A DNA stretch of 64,000 bases from assembly GCA_965205945.1 (NCBI GenBank), contig CBDBIB010000003.1:384394-448393 (forward strand), written 5' to 3'. Below the pieces are notes generated by a model that did not search any database, was not told the origin of the DNA, and was given only the letters and a program-made list of their open reading frames with translations. This DNA comes from Bdellovibrionales bacterium (GTDB lineage Bacteria > Bdellovibrionota > Bdellovibrionia > Bdellovibrionales > UBA1609). How positions within the stretch are numbered: position 1 is the first letter of the stretch; every line of letters starts with the position of its first letter. Shown here piece by piece: positions 61,171 through 64,000 of the stretch. The translations under genes were made by a program, and so were the position numbers.

Positions 61171-62883
61171 ATGAATGCTAAGAAAAAAAATATAGGCCAG
61201 TTATTAGTTAAAGATAATTTAGTTACATCAGAACAACTAGAAGAGGCTATTGGGTATCAAACAAAAAATGGTGGAAGTCTTAGTCATGCTATGATTGAGC
61301 TAGGCTTTGTAGATGGAGAGGAGGTGGCTAAGAGGTTAGCTAAGGAGTTTTCAGTGCCATATTTAGATTTGGTGCAATTTGAGCCCAATGCTGAAGTGAT
61401 AAAATTAGTTTCACCGTCTTTTTGTAGAAAACACTTAATAATTCCAGTTTCAAAAGTTGGACAACGTTGCTTGGTTGTTGCATGTTCTGATCCTGATAAT
61501 CTTTTGATTAAAAATGATTTAGAATCAGTGACTCAGATGACAATTCAGATTGTGGTAGCAAGTTCATTAAGAATTAAAGAATATATTAATAAATTTTTTG
61601 CTCCTAAAAATATAGAGGTTAACAAATTTATAACAGATCTTGAAACAGCTGATAACTCTTATATTGATCAAGCTAATGATACTGAGAATATTGATGCTGA
61701 GAGTAATGATGGTGTTGTGATTAAATTTGTAAATGCTATTTTAAGCGAGGCGATACAAACAAAAGCTTCAGATATTCATATTGAAGTTTATGAAAAAAAA
61801 TATCGTGTACGCTATCGTATTGATGGGAAACTGGTAGAGAAACTTTATCCCCCAAGAGGTACAGCTGGAGCAATTGCAAGTAGAATTAAAATTATGTCTA
61901 AGTTAGATATTGCTGAAAAAAGAAGACCTCAGGATGGAAGGTTAAAAGTTAAAAAATCATCAGGAAAAGAAGTGGACTTTCGTGTGAGTGTTATTCCTGT
62001 TCTCTTTGGTGAAAAAATTGTTATGAGACTTTTAGATAAATCAAATTTATCAACAGATATTAAAGCACTTGGTTTTACGAGTAGAGAGCTTGATATAATC
62101 TTAAGGAATATTAGTAAATCACAGGGCATGGTACTAATGACAGGCCCTACAGGAAGTGGTAAAACAACTACAATTTATTCTATACTAGATAAACTTAATA
62201 ATGCAGAAACTAATATTTCAACAGCAGAAGATCCTGTTGAGTACAATTTAGAGGGGATTAATCAGGTTCAAATAAATACAGAAATTGGCTTTATGTTTTC
62301 AAACGCATTAAGGTCATTTCTTCGACAGGATCCTGATGTGATTATGGTTGGAGAAATTCGTGATAGTGAAACAGCTGAGATTTCTTTTAAAGCCGCCTCA
62401 ACAGGTCATTTAGTTGTAAGCACACTTCATACAAATGATGCTATTGCAACAATAACAAGACTTGTAGATATTGGAATTCCTTCATACATAGTATCCGAGG
62501 TGGTGAGTCTTATAGTAGCACAAAGATTAATTCGATTAAATTGTAAATCTTGTTTAAAATCTATTAAATTGCCTAAAGAAACATTAATAGATATTGGTGT
62601 AAAAGAAGATGAGATTAGCGAATATACAAATATTTTAAAAGGAACAGGGTGCTTAACATGTAACAATTCAGGTTACAAAGGAAGAATGCCTATTTTTGAA
62701 ATTTTAGAAATGACAAGCCAATTTAAGAAGGCCATAATTAATGGAGAATCTAGCGCTGTTTTAAAGAAAAGAGCTATTGATAGTGGGCTTGTAACATTAA
62801 GGCAGTCTGCATTAGCAAGGCTAAAGGCTGGCCTGACAACAGTTGAAGAAGTTGTAAATACTTCTGTAAAGGATGAGATATGA
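61171..62883 (+). CDS. pilB: Type IV pilus assembly ATPase PilB
   Basis: MshEN-like N-terminus (IGQLLV...LEEAI), ASDIHIE, GPTGSGKTT, EDPVEY, LRQDPDVIMVGEIRD, CxxC...CxxC. Confidence 0.95.
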   Translation: MNAKKKNIGQLLVKDNLVTSEQLEEAIGYQTKNGGSLSHAMIELGFVDGEEVAKRLAKEFSVPYLDLVQFEPNAEVIKLVSPSFCRKHLIIPVSKVGQRCLVVACSDPDNLLIKNDLESVTQMTIQIVVASSLRIKEYINKFFAPKNIEVNKFITDLETADNSYIDQANDTENIDAESNDGVVIKFVNAILSEAIQTKASDIHIEVYEKKYRVRYRIDGKLVEKLYPPRGTAGAIASRIKIMSKLDIAEKRRPQDGRLKVKKSSGKEVDFRVSVIPVLFGEKIVMRLLDKSNLSTDIKALGFTSRELDIILRNISKSQGMVLMTGPTGSGKTTTIYSILDKLNNAETNISTAEDPVEYNLEGINQVQINTEIGFMFSNALRSFLRQDPDVIMVGEIRDSETAEISFKAASTGHLVVSTLHTNDAIATITRLVDIGIPSYIVSEVVSLIVAQRLIRLNCKSCLKSIKLPKETLIDIGVKEDEISEYTNILKGTGCLTCNNSGYKGRMPIFEILEMTSQFKKAIINGESSAVLKKRAIDSGLVTLRQSALARLKAGLTTVEEVVNTSVKDEI

Positions 62884-63890
62884 ATTTTAGCCATTATAAT
62901 GGTCTTATTAAAAATAAGAAAGTGCATAAATTTGTGTTTGCTCAAGGAAATAAGCCTGCTGCTCAAATGGTAGATGGCCATATTGATTATTTATCAGAGA
63001 CATTTTTATTTAAAGAGGATATGGATGCAATATATGAAGAAATTTTAACATTTATAGATCCACAGGATAAAAGTATTTTTTTTCTTGAAGGACACCGATT
63101 TAGCTTTCAGGAGCTTAGCTTAGGAGACACATCACAAATTGTAATTTATCCTCAGAAAACAGCTGAAATAGTTTGGGCTGATTTGTTGATTCCAGGTTAT
63201 GTCAACGATTGGGTAGAAGCAGGTTCTGGAGTTATAGTTTTTTATGGGTCAGATGTTGAGTTTCTTCAAAGAATACGTTTATCTTTTGCTCAAAAAAGAA
63301 CTGAAATTGTTAAAGGCTCTAGTATTGTTTTCACCTCAACAAGTTCTAGTACATACGTGTCTAAAGAAGGACATTTTTTAACCACCTCAATTAATGAAGA
63401 TACGTTTTTAAGTTTGAGCTCAAAAATAAAATTTGACGCGTATTCTTTTAAAAGTGATATTTTAAAAATTGGTGGCTCAAAAGTTTTAAGAATTGCAGAT
63501 AAGGGGTCGTTAGTAATTTTAAATTCTCATTGGAGTGATATTTCTAAGGTTTGGTCTGAACTTTATAATGCGTTTGAAAATGAAAGTATGAGAGATTTCT
63601 TTTTTGATTCAGTTATTGGACTTATTGGTGTTAAACAAGCAGATTCAAATAATATTCACGGGGAAGTTGTTTTTGAGGCATTTCCTATGTTGAATCAGGA
63701 AAAACTTTTAACATTATCGCTTAAAAATCAGTTAAAAGAAGTAAGAGAACTTGTTAAAAAAGAGGGCGTATCTTTTAATCAATCCTTACATTCATTGGTA
63801 TTAAAGAGAAAACTTTCACTAGACAGTGCATATAAAATTAGTTCAGACCCTGAAGAGTTAAATAAGTTTCTATCAGAATGTGGGGTTTAA
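62880..63890 (+). CDS. Degenerate PilT-like protein (no Walker motifs)
   Basis: Sits between pilB and pilC. The C-terminus GVSFNQSLHSLV.....S...AY..SSDPEELN is PilT-like; the Walker A position reads FYGSDVEF. Confidence 0.7.
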   Translation: MNFSHYNGLIKNKKVHKFVFAQGNKPAAQMVDGHIDYLSETFLFKEDMDAIYEEILTFIDPQDKSIFFLEGHRFSFQELSLGDTSQIVIYPQKTAEIVWADLLIPGYVNDWVEAGSGVIVFYGSDVEFLQRIRLSFAQKRTEIVKGSSIVFTSTSSSTYVSKEGHFLTTSINEDTFLSLSSKIKFDAYSFKSDILKIGGSKVLRIADKGSLVILNSHWSDISKVWSELYNAFENESMRDFFFDSVIGLIGVKQADSNNIHGEVVFEAFPMLNQEKLLTLSLKNQLKEVRELVKKEGVSFNQSLHSLVLKRKLSLDSAYKISSDPEELNKFLSECGV

Positions 63891-63893
63891 TGC

Positions 63894-64000
63894 ATGTCTA
63901 AAGTGGAGTTTGATTTTTCAGCTAGAAAACCACAAGGGGGTTTAGTTAAAGGAAAAGTTAAGGCTTTTTCTGAAATGGAAGTGCGTGCTCGTTTAAGAGA
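63894..64000 (+). CDS. pilC: Type IV pilus platform protein PilC, N-terminus (truncated by window end)
   Basis: MSKVEFDFSARKPQGGLVKGKVKAFSEMEVRARLR matches the PilC/GspF F.Y.A....G..V.G...A.S..E....LR start, plus operon position. Confidence 0.8.
   Translation, partial: MSKVEFDFSARKPQGGLVKGKVKAFSEMEVRARLR

Overview
AT-rich (about 30% GC by eye) Gram-negative bacterial chromosome segment. Gene content and order (pilB-pilT-pilC, bamA-skp-fabZ-lpxA-lpxB-lpxK, HD-ybeY-prfB, several Cys-rich vWA lipoproteins, recurring sigma28-type GCCGAT boxes) suggest Bdellovibrionota; this placement is an inference. Most of the window is housekeeping. Two eroded accessory blocks interrupt it. (1) 14842-19652 is bounded by IS982-type termini and carries a BspA/DUF285 lipoprotein with 11 x 75-bp hypervariable repeats plus a chimeric clpB pseudogene. 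(2) 26607-33217 is a decayed prophage-like island at the tRNA-Glu 3' end (dead integrase, recT/yqaJ fragments, an in-frame yqaJ-ahcY chimera, IS remnants), with a trace of an older tandem element next to it. Main observations: a lipoprotein with four ADAMTS-type thrombospondin-1 repeats plus a MIDAS vWA domain, paired with a GspG-like pseudopilin; an intact serA-like ORF missed by the ORF track, with no ATG codon and a probable ATT start; sigma28-like promoters 7-8 nt before start codons (probable leaderless mRNAs); a PilT-like protein without ATPase motifs; a sigma54-type activator lacking GAFTGA; and a divergent PEP carboxylase coupled to gcvP. All calls are from motif recognition by eye; no searches were run.
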